Of a stretch of DNA of 64,000 bases, positions 10,151 through 18,388 are shown one piece after another (the stretch's first letter is position 1; every line of letters begins with the position of its first letter). The position numbers were made by a program, and so were the translations under genes. The notes beneath the pieces were generated by a model. That model did not search any database, was not told the origin of the DNA, and saw only the letters and a list, made by a program, of their open reading frames with translations. Source of the DNA: a virus; the IMG/VR virus record IMGVR_UViG_3300027782_000036; one strand, 5' to 3'.

Positions 10151-10605
10151 AATTAGATCATACTGCTAAAATGGATATATTAGGTCGTATGGGTGAAAAG
10201 GTTGTATCTAATTATTTTGCCAAACGTGGTGTTATGGTAGAACAAGCTGTGAATCATTTTGATCATACTAAAGATTTAACTGCTGATGGTAAAACTATTG
10301 AAGTTAAAACACAAGTTCCTTTTATTCTAGAAAAAGCTTTTACATTTAAAGAAAATCAATTAACAAAATGTAGAAATGTTGACGAATTATATTTCGTGGC
10401 TATACCAGCACCTAGACATCACTTTGAACATGAAGGATGGTTATTTCGTGTTGACCCTAAGAAATTTAAAACTAGAACAAGAATGACAAAAGACGGTAGA
10501 AAAATGGTACTTATTGACATCTATCAAGAAGCAGTTAAACCTGTTGAAAAAATGGCTGATGAAGTCATCAAAGATATGATGAAATATACTGTATCGGATT
10601 ATTAA
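10147..10605 (+). CDS. Hypothetical protein with a PD-(D/E)xK-like nuclease motif
   Basis: GEKVV...KDL...IEVKT. Confidence 0.5.
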   Translation: MKLDHTAKMDILGRMGEKVVSNYFAKRGVMVEQAVNHFDHTKDLTADGKTIEVKTQVPFILEKAFTFKENQLTKCRNVDELYFVAIPAPRHHFEHEGWLFRVDPKKFKTRTRMTKDGRKMVLIDIYQEAVKPVEKMADEVIKDMMKYTVSDY

Positions 10606-10606
10606 A

Positions 10607-11002
10607 ATGGCAGATTTATTTAAAGAGATTATTCCATCAATTTTACAGACCAAAAAAGATTATTTGGTTGATGAACATGATGAGAAAGCATATGCCAGAG
10701 ATGCGTTCCTAGTAAACAGGGCACTATCTTATCATATGGATTGTGTGTTGTATGCAAACCAGATGAACATGAATCCACACTTGGATGCCAAATTACAATA
10801 TCAGTATTACATAAATACTATTAGATCAATGAAACGGAAATTTCAACCGTGGCAAAAGGTCAATAAAAATAGTGATTTGAATGCTGTTAAAGAATATTTT
10901 GGTTTCAATAATGAAAAAGCCAAACAAGCCCTTCGCATTTTAAATAATGATCAAATCACTTCAATAAAAGAAAAAACAAACAAAGGTGGAGTGACCAAAT
11001 GA
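10607..11002 (+). CDS. gp62: Clamp loader small subunit
   Basis: FLVNRALS, KEYFGFNNEKAKQAL, C-terminal KGG; synteny. Confidence 0.9.
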   Translation: MADLFKEIIPSILQTKKDYLVDEHDEKAYARDAFLVNRALSYHMDCVLYANQMNMNPHLDAKLQYQYYINTIRSMKRKFQPWQKVNKNSDLNAVKEYFGFNNEKAKQALRILNNDQITSIKEKTNKGGVTK

Positions 11003-11415
11003 TTCGTATCGAAGACCTGGTTGAGGTTCTATTAGAAGAAAAAGATGACTTTCTGAAAGTCAGAGAAACCTTAACTCGTATAGGACTTGCATCCAAGAAA
11101 GATAATACACTATATCAATCTTGCCATATTTTACACAAACAAGGTAAATATTACATAGTCCATTTCAAAGAACTCTTTGCTTTGGATGGTAAAGAAACTG
11201 ACCTCACCGAAAACGATATTGCACGTAGAAATACCATTGTCAATTTATTGGCTGAATGGGAATTGGTAAAGATTGTTAATAAAGACCAGACAAAGGATCC
11301 AATCGTTTCTATGTCACAAGTTAAGATTATTCCATACAAAGAAAAAGATGAATGGAATTTGGTAACAAAATATAGTATTGGTAAGAAACTTAATACAAGT
11401 AATTACGCAGACTAA
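10999..11415 (+). CDS. regA: Translational repressor RegA
   Basis: DFLKVRETLTRIG, LYQSCHILHKQGKYYIVHFKELF. Confidence 0.96.
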   Translation: MIRIEDLVEVLLEEKDDFLKVRETLTRIGLASKKDNTLYQSCHILHKQGKYYIVHFKELFALDGKETDLTENDIARRNTIVNLLAEWELVKIVNKDQTKDPIVSMSQVKIIPYKEKDEWNLVTKYSIGKKLNTSNYAD

Positions 11416-11442
11416 TCTAATGATTATCTGTAGGGTGGTTGG

Positions 11443-11471
11443 TTGACTTACTGAATAAGTAAGTATATAAT
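11443..11471 (+). promoter_or_regulatory. sigma70-type promoter for pqqA
   Basis: TTGACT-N17-TATAAT. Confidence 0.8.
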
Positions 11472-11591
11472 AGTAGTTATAGTAGTAAATCAAATTACTA
11501 TTATGTAATATAGGCCTCAAGTTAGACCTTTGACGAAAGTCATCTCTAACGATCTGAGTTTATAAATTTTTATAAACAAAGGAGAAATACT

Positions 11592-11663
11592 ATGTGGACA
11601 AAACCAGCAGCTACTGAAATGCGCTTTGGCTTCGAAGTTACGATGTATGTAATGAACAAGTAA
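11592..11663 (+). CDS. pqqA: Pyrroloquinoline quinone precursor peptide (23 aa, not in the ORF track)
   Basis: MWTKPAATEMRFGFEVTMYVMNK with the ExxxY motif; AAGGAG RBS; own promoter and terminator. Confidence 0.95.
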   Translation: MWTKPAATEMRFGFEVTMYVMNK

Positions 11664-11684
11664 TTCAAAACGTATCAGAAACAC

Positions 11685-11710
11685 ACCCGCCTATATGGCG
11701 GGTTTTTTAT
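11685..11710 (+). terminator. Rho-independent terminator after pqqA
   Basis: ACCCGCC-TATAT-GGCGGGT followed by a T tract. Confidence 0.85.
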
Positions 11711-11722
11711 TTTGGAGATATT

Positions 11723-12517
11723 ATGATCACGTTAATTGGCCACGGTTATGTGGGTAAGTATATCAAAAAAGAACTTGAAAAACAAGTTATCAAACATGAG
11801 TGGATTGACCATGAAACTCAACCATCAGCATCAACAAAAGTAATCATCAATGCAGGTGGATTTACTGGTGTTCCAAACGTGGATGCCTGTGAATCTCAAA
11901 AAGACAAAACTATTGATGGTAATGTTCTTTTCCCATTAAGACTATCAAGATGGGCTGAATTACGTAATATATCTATTGTTCATATCTCTAGCGGATGTGT
12001 CTATACAGGATACAAGGAAGGCGGCTGGACAGAAGAGGATGCGCCTAATTTTACGTTTGATAATGCATCATTCTATAGTGCCACAAAAGCATTAAATCAA
12101 GAGATACTTGAACCATATCTAAAACAGTCATATCTATTGAGAATTCGTATGCCTTTTGGACCAGATAATGACGATAAGAATCTGTTGACAAAACTATCAA
12201 AATATAATAAGTTGGTAAACTTTGAGAATAGTGTATCTAACGTGGAAGAGGTGGCTGAATGTGCAGTCTGGTTTGCTGAAAACTTACCACAACCTGGTAT
12301 CTACAATGCTGTCAATCCTGGTGGCGTAAAAACGCACCAAATAGCACAAATGATGGGTTTAGTGAAGTCTTACTTTACAGATGAAGAATTCAAGGCAGCC
12401 GTTATTGCACCTAGAAGTAATTGTGTTTTAAATACTGATAAAATGCAAAAGGTATTTCAATTCAAAAATGCCACAGAATCTTTAATAGATTCTATTAATA
12501 AAATAAAACCATTATAA
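11723..12517 (+). CDS. NAD-dependent sugar epimerase/reductase (RmlD-like)
   Basis: GHGYVG, PNVDACE, SSGCVY, YSATK. Confidence 0.8.
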   Translation: MITLIGHGYVGKYIKKELEKQVIKHEWIDHETQPSASTKVIINAGGFTGVPNVDACESQKDKTIDGNVLFPLRLSRWAELRNISIVHISSGCVYTGYKEGGWTEEDAPNFTFDNASFYSATKALNQEILEPYLKQSYLLRIRMPFGPDNDDKNLLTKLSKYNKLVNFENSVSNVEEVAECAVWFAENLPQPGIYNAVNPGGVKTHQIAQMMGLVKSYFTDEEFKAAVIAPRSNCVLNTDKMQKVFQFKNATESLIDSINKIKPL

Positions 12518-12520
12518 ATA
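12513..12520 (+). promoter_or_regulatory. T4-type late promoter
   Basis: TATAAATA upstream of hsp20. Confidence 0.6.
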
Positions 12521-12555
12521 AACGTGATACGCCTTCGGGGTATCAATTTTATTAA

Positions 12556-12573
12556 CTCGCTTAATTTAAGGAG
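12556..12573 (+). promoter_or_regulatory. ROSE-like RNA thermometer hairpin over the hsp20 RBS
   Basis: CUCGCUUA-AUU-UAAGGAG; the UCGCU motif pairs with the SD; upstream UUCG hairpin at about 12526-12545. Confidence 0.65.
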
Positions 12574-12582
12574 AACTTAAAC

Positions 12583-13068
12583 ATGGTATCACCATATCGC
12601 TCATTATTACCTTCAACCGTTGGATTTGATAGACTCTTTTCAACACTTGACGAATTCGATACATTATTTTTAGAAGGTAAAAAAACTCAAACTTATCCAC
12701 CTTACAATATCGTCAAACTTGATGACACCGATTATGCAATAGAAATCGCTGTTGCTGGTTTTGGTATGTCAGATTTAGATATAACAACAGAAGGTAATAA
12801 ACTAACTATTACTGGATCAACTAAAGAAACAGATGGTAAAGAATATTTACATCGAGGTATTGGTACAAGAGATTTTACCCATACATTCACTTTAGCGGAC
12901 ACTGTTATTGTTAAATCCGCTAATATTGTAAATGGACTTCTAGTAATTATTTTAGAAAATGTTATTCCAGAAGAAAAGAAACCACGAAAGATTCAAATTG
13001 GTGAAAGTATAACACCATTGACTGGTATTGATCTTGTCAGACAATTGTATTCTGAACGTAGTGACTAA
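12583..13068 (+). CDS. Small heat shock protein (Hsp20/IbpA family)
   Basis: YPPYNI, IEIAVAGF, YLHRGI, NGLL, PEEKKPRKI. Confidence 0.93.
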   Translation: MVSPYRSLLPSTVGFDRLFSTLDEFDTLFLEGKKTQTYPPYNIVKLDDTDYAIEIAVAGFGMSDLDITTEGNKLTITGSTKETDGKEYLHRGIGTRDFTHTFTLADTVIVKSANIVNGLLVIILENVIPEEKKPRKIQIGESITPLTGIDLVRQLYSERSD

Positions 13069-13089
13069 TGGTAATTAATTAGTAAACGC

Positions 13090-13118
13090 TTGACATTTCT
13101 TGGTTGTTTGTGTATAAT
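13090..13118 (+). promoter_or_regulatory. sigma70-type promoter for bS21
   Basis: TTGACA-N17-TATAAT; a CATAAATA late-type box follows at 13124. Confidence 0.8.
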
Positions 13119-13163
13119 AGTATCATAAATAAATCTTTTGACGCAACAACCAAGGAATTTAAC

Positions 13164-13430
13164 ATAGCTAAGCCAGATAAATTTGTAAAGAAACCTAGTA
13201 GGAACGATATATCAGGATCACTGACACCCGTGCCTGATGGTCCATATGGTTTTGATAACGCATTTAGAAAGTTTAGAAAAAAGATTGATGAATCTGGTTT
13301 ATTACGTGAAATTCAAGAACGTATGCATTATGAAAAGCCAACCACTGTTCGTAAACAAAAGAAAAGTGCAGCTAAGAAACGTTGGCAAAGAGAATTAGCT
13401 AAAACAAAAATACCTAAAAAGATGTATTAA
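13164..13430 (+). CDS. rpsU: Ribosomal protein bS21 homolog (start codon uncertain)
   Basis: FDNAFRKFRKKI...GLLREIQERMHYEKPT..RK.KK.AA.KR; AAGGAA RBS precedes an in-frame ATA at 13164. Confidence 0.85.
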   Translation: MAKPDKFVKKPSRNDISGSLTPVPDGPYGFDNAFRKFRKKIDESGLLREIQERMHYEKPTTVRKQKKSAAKKRWQRELAKTKIPKKMY

Positions 13431-13434
13431 ACGC

Positions 13435-13463
13435 TTGACAAACAGAATGATTTATTGTATAAT
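13435..13463 (+). promoter_or_regulatory. sigma70-type promoter
   Basis: TTGACA-N17-TATAAT. Confidence 0.8.
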
Positions 13464-13488
13464 GTTTTATATGAATGAGAGATTAAAC

Positions 13489-13554
13489 ATGGGTAACCGA
13501 GACAAGAAAAAAGAATCTAAAGGTAGACCAAAGAAAGATAAACTACCTAAGTAA
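13489..13554 (+). CDS. Putative 21-aa basic micropeptide
   Basis: MGNRDKKKESKGRPKKDKLPK, directly after a promoter; weak GAGAG RBS. Confidence 0.4.
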   Translation: MGNRDKKKESKGRPKKDKLPK

Positions 13555-13562
13555 CCAGTTAT

Positions 13563-13630
13563 GCGGTGGGTTGTAGAACAGTATAGGTGTCCAACTTATA
13601 CCTTTGGTGCGAATCCAAATCACCGCTCCA
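13563..13630 (+). tRNA. Atypical tRNA-Gly(TCC)-like gene
   Basis: Acceptor GCGGTGG/TCACCGC, U discriminator, encoded CCA, T-arm TTTGG-TGCGAAT-CCAAA, anticodon loop TGTCCAA; reduced D-arm. Confidence 0.7.
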
Positions 13631-13647
13631 ATTTTTGAAAGTAAACA

Positions 13648-13896
13648 ATGAATATCAAACCATTGCGTGATAACATTATCATCGTTAAAGAAGAAAAAAA
13701 TCTAACGACCGCTTCCGGTATTATTCTCAAATCAACAGACGATGCGGACAAAGCAAGAGTTGTTGCTATAGGTCCAGAAGTCGAAGACGTTCAAATTGAC
13801 AATGTAGTTATAGTTAATTGGAACAAAGCTCAAATGATTGGTGATGATCAATATAGAGTTAATATTTCAGACGTAATTGGTGTATTAGAAGACTAA
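13648..13896 (+). CDS. groES: Co-chaperonin GroES-like
   Basis: MNIKPLRD, TASGIIL, VVAIGP, DVIGV. Confidence 0.88.
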   Translation: MNIKPLRDNIIIVKEEKNLTTASGIILKSTDDADKARVVAIGPEVEDVQIDNVVIVNWNKAQMIGDDQYRVNISDVIGVLED

Positions 13897-13931
13897 CTTC
13901 TTATAAATGATTATGTGTATCATATTAGTTT

Positions 13932-15572
13932 CTATGATATTGTAGTATAACCCCAATAAACAGTTTGAGATGAACCGCTAGTGTTGTTAATTCCAAAATC
14001 AAATCTATTGGTAGTCGAACTTGCAGACACACTGCTACGAACTATGGTGTTTGCAGTGCCTATAAACTGATTAGGTATACTAGTAAAGTCAATGGGAGTT
14101 CCACCACCATTGTAGACCCAAGCATAATGTTGACCCACAACAGGTACATTGCTATTGGTAACTGTGGCAATGGCATTGTATGCTATAATTCCATTAGGTA
14201 TATTACCACTAACCCATAGTTCATAGGTACCACTTCCTGGAACTGTAAAGCTATAAGTACCTGATCCTATAGTAACAGTCCATGTGCCTGTAGTTTTTGT
14301 AACTGCTGATGCAGACGTTGGGCCTGTGGCACCTGTTAATCCAGTAGAACCTGAAGCGCCTTGAGTTCCTGTAGCTCCATTAGTACCTGCAACTCCAGTA
14401 GATCCACTTGCACCTTGGAAACCTGAAGCTCCTCGAATACCTGTAGAACCATTTACTCCGCTAGCCCCATTAACACCAGTTGCTCCATTGGTTCCAGTTG
14501 TACCTGTAGCTCCGTTGTTTCCAGCAACACCACTAGCTCCTTGTATTCCACTTGCTCCGTTAATACCGGTAGCTCCATTACTTCCAGAAGTACCAATTGC
14601 GCCTGATGCACCTTGAATACCAGTTGCACCGTTTACACCCGTAGCACCATTTGTTCCGTTATTTCCTGGCGATCCAGTTGCACCATTGACACCTATTATT
14701 CCACTAGCACCAGCAACACCGGACGCACCTTGTTGACCTTGAGTTCCACTAGCACCTATAACTCCAGTGGCACCAGCATCTCCTCCACCTGGACCGGTTG
14801 CTCCAGCAGGACCAGTAGCACCATTACCTCCACCACCTTGTGCATTTTTTGGTGTCCATTTACCTAGTGTTGAATCAAATGTTAATACTTGATCGTTTGA
14901 TGGACTTTTAACACTACTATAATCTGTATCACCTAAATCATATAGCCAATAGGAACCACTACCTGGTCCTGCAATTGATACTTTACCCAACCACTGTTCA
15001 AGATATTTTAATTTGTCTTGAATTGCTTTAATATTAGGTTCAGTCTTTTTAGCAATTGGATCGGTGAAAGTATTTGTATAACTTTCTTGTTTGGTAATTT
15101 TTTCAGAAGTTACTTCGACAATATCTTTAGGTTTAGAAGGTTCAACAACAACTTCTTCTTTGACAACAGGAACTTCAATAAATTCTTCTTGTTTTTGTTC
15201 GATGATTTCAATTTTATCATCAAGTTGTTTTTTAGCTTGTGAAAGTTCTTTGAAGAAATCGCCTAATGTAACAGGTGGTTCTGATTCTTCTTTGATTTCT
15301 GGAATATAACCTTCAACAGGTATTTCTTCTATTTCTTTTTTGAGGTTAGCTAATTCAGATAAAAAGCTTGTTGTGCTTTTAGCATTTTCTTGAAGATCAA
15401 CTCCAATATTCTCTAAAAACTCTTTGTTCTTTTTATCTTCTTCTTCTAATTTGACCTTTTTGCCTTCTTTTACTACATTGGCAAATTCAGCCATCAAAGA
15501 TGCTAAATCATTTTGAGGTTGCACGATATGTTCCATCCCAATTATCTGGTTTTCCTTCTTCAAGTCTTTCAA
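13932..15572 (-). CDS. Collagen-like repeat protein, putative fibre (start uncertain)
   Basis: Acidic N-terminal region, long G-x-x repeats, beta-rich C-terminus. Confidence 0.75.
   Translation of the reverse strand: MKDLKKENQIIGMEHIVQPQNDLASLMAEFANVVKEGKKVKLEEEDKKNKEFLENIGVDLQENAKSTTSFLSELANLKKEIEEIPVEGYIPEIKEESEPPVTLGDFFKELSQAKKQLDDKIEIIEQKQEEFIEVPVVKEEVVVEPSKPKDIVEVTSEKITKQESYTNTFTDPIAKKTEPNIKAIQDKLKYLEQWLGKVSIAGPGSGSYWLYDLGDTDYSSVKSPSNDQVLTFDSTLGKWTPKNAQGGGGNGATGPAGATGPGGGDAGATGVIGASGTQGQQGASGVAGASGIIGVNGATGSPGNNGTNGATGVNGATGIQGASGAIGTSGSNGATGINGASGIQGASGVAGNNGATGTTGTNGATGVNGASGVNGSTGIRGASGFQGASGSTGVAGTNGATGTQGASGSTGLTGATGPTSASAVTKTTGTWTVTIGSGTYSFTVPGSGTYELWVSGNIPNGIIAYNAIATVTNSNVPVVGQHYAWVYNGGGTPIDFTSIPNQFIGTANTIVRSSVSASSTTNRFDFGINNTSGSSQTVYWGYTTIS
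14322..14828 (-). repeat. Collagen-like (GA[TS]Gxx)n coding repeat
   Basis: Tandem GATG/GASG hexapeptide units. Confidence 0.85.
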
Positions 15573-17517
15573 TCATTTTTTCATAATATTCATGGATGGT
15601 AACTTCTGGATCATTCAATAATGTTTGTGCAACAAATATTGCTTTCTTCCAATCACCATTATAATATAAATTTAAAAATTCTTTATGACCAATTATTCTT
15701 GTTTTGCCTATAGTATATATCTTGACGCCAATTGTCTTACCTTTAACCGCTATATTGTCTAATTCAATAACATTATAGTTATCTTTAACTAATTCGGCAG
15801 TTTTTTCACCTAATACTATTTTAACACCGTATGGTTTAGATTGACCTTCTAACCTACTTGCCAAATTGACAGAATCACCGAGGCAAGTATAGTCGAAACG
15901 TTGTCTAGAACCCATGTTACCAACAACAACACTGCCAGTATTAATACCAAGTCCCATACCAAACGGAGGGATACCTTCTTTAGAAATTTCTTTATTAAAT
16001 CCATCTAAATCTCCTAACATTTCTAGACCAGTTTTTACTGCATTGAGAGCGTGATCTTTATCATCTAATGGTGCATTCCAAAAAGCCATCTGTGCGTCAC
16101 CAATATATTTATCGAGTGTTCCATTATTATCTAAAATCTTGGAAGTCATGGCAGTCATATATCGATTCATGATTTGTGTTAAACCTTGAACATCTTTACC
16201 ATAGTGTTCTGATATGGTTGTAAAACCACGAACATCTGTAAACATAATACTCAATTCTTTTGTTTCACCACCAAGTCTCAATAACTCTGGATTCTTTTGT
16301 AACTTTTCAACAAGTGCTGGTGAAAGATATGTTCCAAATTGTTTTTTGATTTGTAATTTTTGGTTTAGTTCACTTATAAACTTAACAGTATATGCATGAG
16401 CATACACAACAGCCAAACTGAAAATAGGAAACACACAATCCACAAGATAGCTGAAATGAGTAAAGGTATAATAAGAACAATAATATAAACCACTAATAAG
16501 AAAAACAATAGGGACAATAGCATATTTCCACCTCGATAAGAAGATAATTAAAATTGATAATAATACTACTACAAGAATTTCTGCACCATCTAACCAATCA
16601 GGTCGAGATATACTTGTACCACTCGTTAAAGTATCTAGGACTACAGCTTGTAAATAGTGTGGATACTGTTCACCTCTAGCTGTTGCAATTGGGTTATTGA
16701 GACCACGAGCCGTAAGTCCAACGATAACGATACCACCATCAAATGATTTAGGCATCTCCACAAGTGAATGTTCAATTGGTTTACTTGACCAGTCGACCCA
16801 AATTCTACCAATTGTATCTGTTGATATTTTGGCAAATTTAGGTATTCTAACTGCTTCGATTCCTACATCAGTAGATTTAACTTGAAAACTTGGGTCTCCA
16901 ACTGCAACACGTAAAGTTTCAAGAGATATACTTGGGTAGAGTAGGTCGTTACTTGATACAACCATAGGTATACGGCGAACAACACCATCAATTTCAGGTA
17001 AGACATTTACGACTCCAACACCAGCTGCCTTATCATTTAGTAGTTGGATGTTAGGTTGAATACCTGGATAATCAATGGTAAAATTATGTGCAGGTGTTCC
17101 AATTTCCGAAACTCCTGGTCTAAATGCTAAAGTTTTTTGTTTCTCTGGTGCGGCTATCTGAGGTAAGATGACAGGGTGTCTAGCAAGACTATCAGCCAAG
17201 TTGGCATCACGTCCAAAGCGATCATTGTCAGGCATAAAGATGTTAAAAACAACAAGACCAGCATTACGTTGGTAAAGGTCCTCGATAATGTTTGCATATT
17301 GGCTCCTAGGAAATGGAAATTGACCAAGTCTTTCGATTGATTTATCATCAATGTTTACCACATGAACCTGCTTGGAAATAGTTTGTGGTTTACTTGTTAT
17401 GAGTGTATCAAAATATCGTAGTCTAACAGATTGAACAAATGATGGATCGAATGTTCTAACACCAATTAATAATGCTAATGTAAGTAATGCAAACCATGGA
17501 CTAAGTAACCTCTTCAT
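15508..17517 (-). CDS. CHASE2-domain class III adenylate cyclase
   Basis: N-terminal TM, VNIDDKS..GQFPFPR and DGVVRR (CHASE2), 3 TM helices, then FTDVRGFT, DKYIGDA, DYTCLGDSVNLASRLE. Confidence 0.92.
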   Translation of the reverse strand: MKRLLSPWFALLTLALLIGVRTFDPSFVQSVRLRYFDTLITSKPQTISKQVHVVNIDDKSIERLGQFPFPRSQYANIIEDLYQRNAGLVVFNIFMPDNDRFGRDANLADSLARHPVILPQIAAPEKQKTLAFRPGVSEIGTPAHNFTIDYPGIQPNIQLLNDKAAGVGVVNVLPEIDGVVRRIPMVVSSNDLLYPSISLETLRVAVGDPSFQVKSTDVGIEAVRIPKFAKISTDTIGRIWVDWSSKPIEHSLVEMPKSFDGGIVIVGLTARGLNNPIATARGEQYPHYLQAVVLDTLTSGTSISRPDWLDGAEILVVVLLSILIIFLSRWKYAIVPIVFLISGLYYCSYYTFTHFSYLVDCVFPIFSLAVVYAHAYTVKFISELNQKLQIKKQFGTYLSPALVEKLQKNPELLRLGGETKELSIMFTDVRGFTTISEHYGKDVQGLTQIMNRYMTAMTSKILDNNGTLDKYIGDAQMAFWNAPLDDKDHALNAVKTGLEMLGDLDGFNKEISKEGIPPFGMGLGINTGSVVVGNMGSRQRFDYTCLGDSVNLASRLEGQSKPYGVKIVLGEKTAELVKDNYNVIELDNIAVKGKTIGVKIYTIGKTRIIGHKEFLNLYYNGDWKKAIFVAQTLLNDPEVTIHEYYEKMIERLEEGKPDNWDGTYRATSK

Positions 17518-17645
17518 TGTATAATTTGGGTCTTCTTGTGTTGTAGGCTTTTCTTTAGTGCCTTAAACCAAAGTTTCTTTTGTTTCTTTGCTTGGTGTCT
17601 AACGCAAGCTAGGTACATCTTACGAATTAATTTTTTAACTTTCAT
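17514..17645 (-). CDS. 43-aa basic protein (not in the ORF track)
   Basis: MKVKKLIRKMYLACVRHQAKKQKKLWFKALKKSLQHKKTQIIQ; ATGA overlaps with both neighbouring genes. Confidence 0.7.
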   Translation of the reverse strand: MKVKKLIRKMYLACVRHQAKKQKKLWFKALKKSLQHKKTQIIQ

Positions 17646-18388
17646 TTTATCTTCTTCCAATAAATTATCTTCCATTCACCTTCATGCGTCTCAACTAAAG
17701 CTGAACATGATTCAACCCAATCTCCATCATTCATGTATATGATGTCTTTAATTACTTTTATTTCTGGAGTATGTATATGACCACATATAACCCCATCGTA
17801 TCCTTTTTTTGCACAATAGTCTGTTATTGTCTCTTCAAACTTAAACACAAATCCTACAGCTTTCTTGACTTTATGTTTTAAAAATTGGCTGAGACTCCAA
17901 TAACCAAACCCCAACTTATGTCGTATATAATTAAACTTTGTGTTTATCCATAATACTGTATCATATGCATGATCACCCAATACAGATATCCATTTTGCCA
18001 TACGAGTGATACCATCAAACATATCGCCATGAGTTATAAGAAACCTACGGCCATTGATATCAGTATATTCTGACTGATTACATAACAATATGTTTTTACC
18101 AAGACTAAAGTAGTTTACAAATGGTCTAAGAAACTCATCATGATTACCCGTGACATAAACAACTTTTGTTCCACGTTTACTGAAACCTAATATTCTACGA
18201 ATAACATTTGTGTGACTTTGTTTCCACTTCCATTTGTTTAAATGTATCTTCCAACCATCTATAATATCACCTATTAAAAATAAGTTATCACAATCATTAT
18301 GCTTGAGAAAATTATTAAGTAAATCAGCCTTAGCTTCACCAGCTCCTAAATGTGTATCAGATATACAAATAGTTTTATACTTTTTCAT
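17642..18388 (-). CDS. Calcineurin-like metallophosphoesterase (LpxH-like family)
   Basis: SDTHLG, GDIIDGW, GNHD, HGD, CGHIH, NDGDWVES. Confidence 0.85.
   Translation of the reverse strand: MKKYKTICISDTHLGAGEAKADLLNNFLKHNDCDNLFLIGDIIDGWKIHLNKWKWKQSHTNVIRRILGFSKRGTKVVYVTGNHDEFLRPFVNYFSLGKNILLCNQSEYTDINGRRFLITHGDMFDGITRMAKWISVLGDHAYDTVLWINTKFNYIRHKLGFGYWSLSQFLKHKVKKAVGFVFKFEETITDYCAKKGYDGVICGHIHTPEIKVIKDIIYMNDGDWVESCSALVETHEGEWKIIYWKKIK

Noticed and set aside
13104-13163. ORF-track start of bS21
   Set aside because: It lies within the -35/-10 promoter, upstream of the predicted TSS
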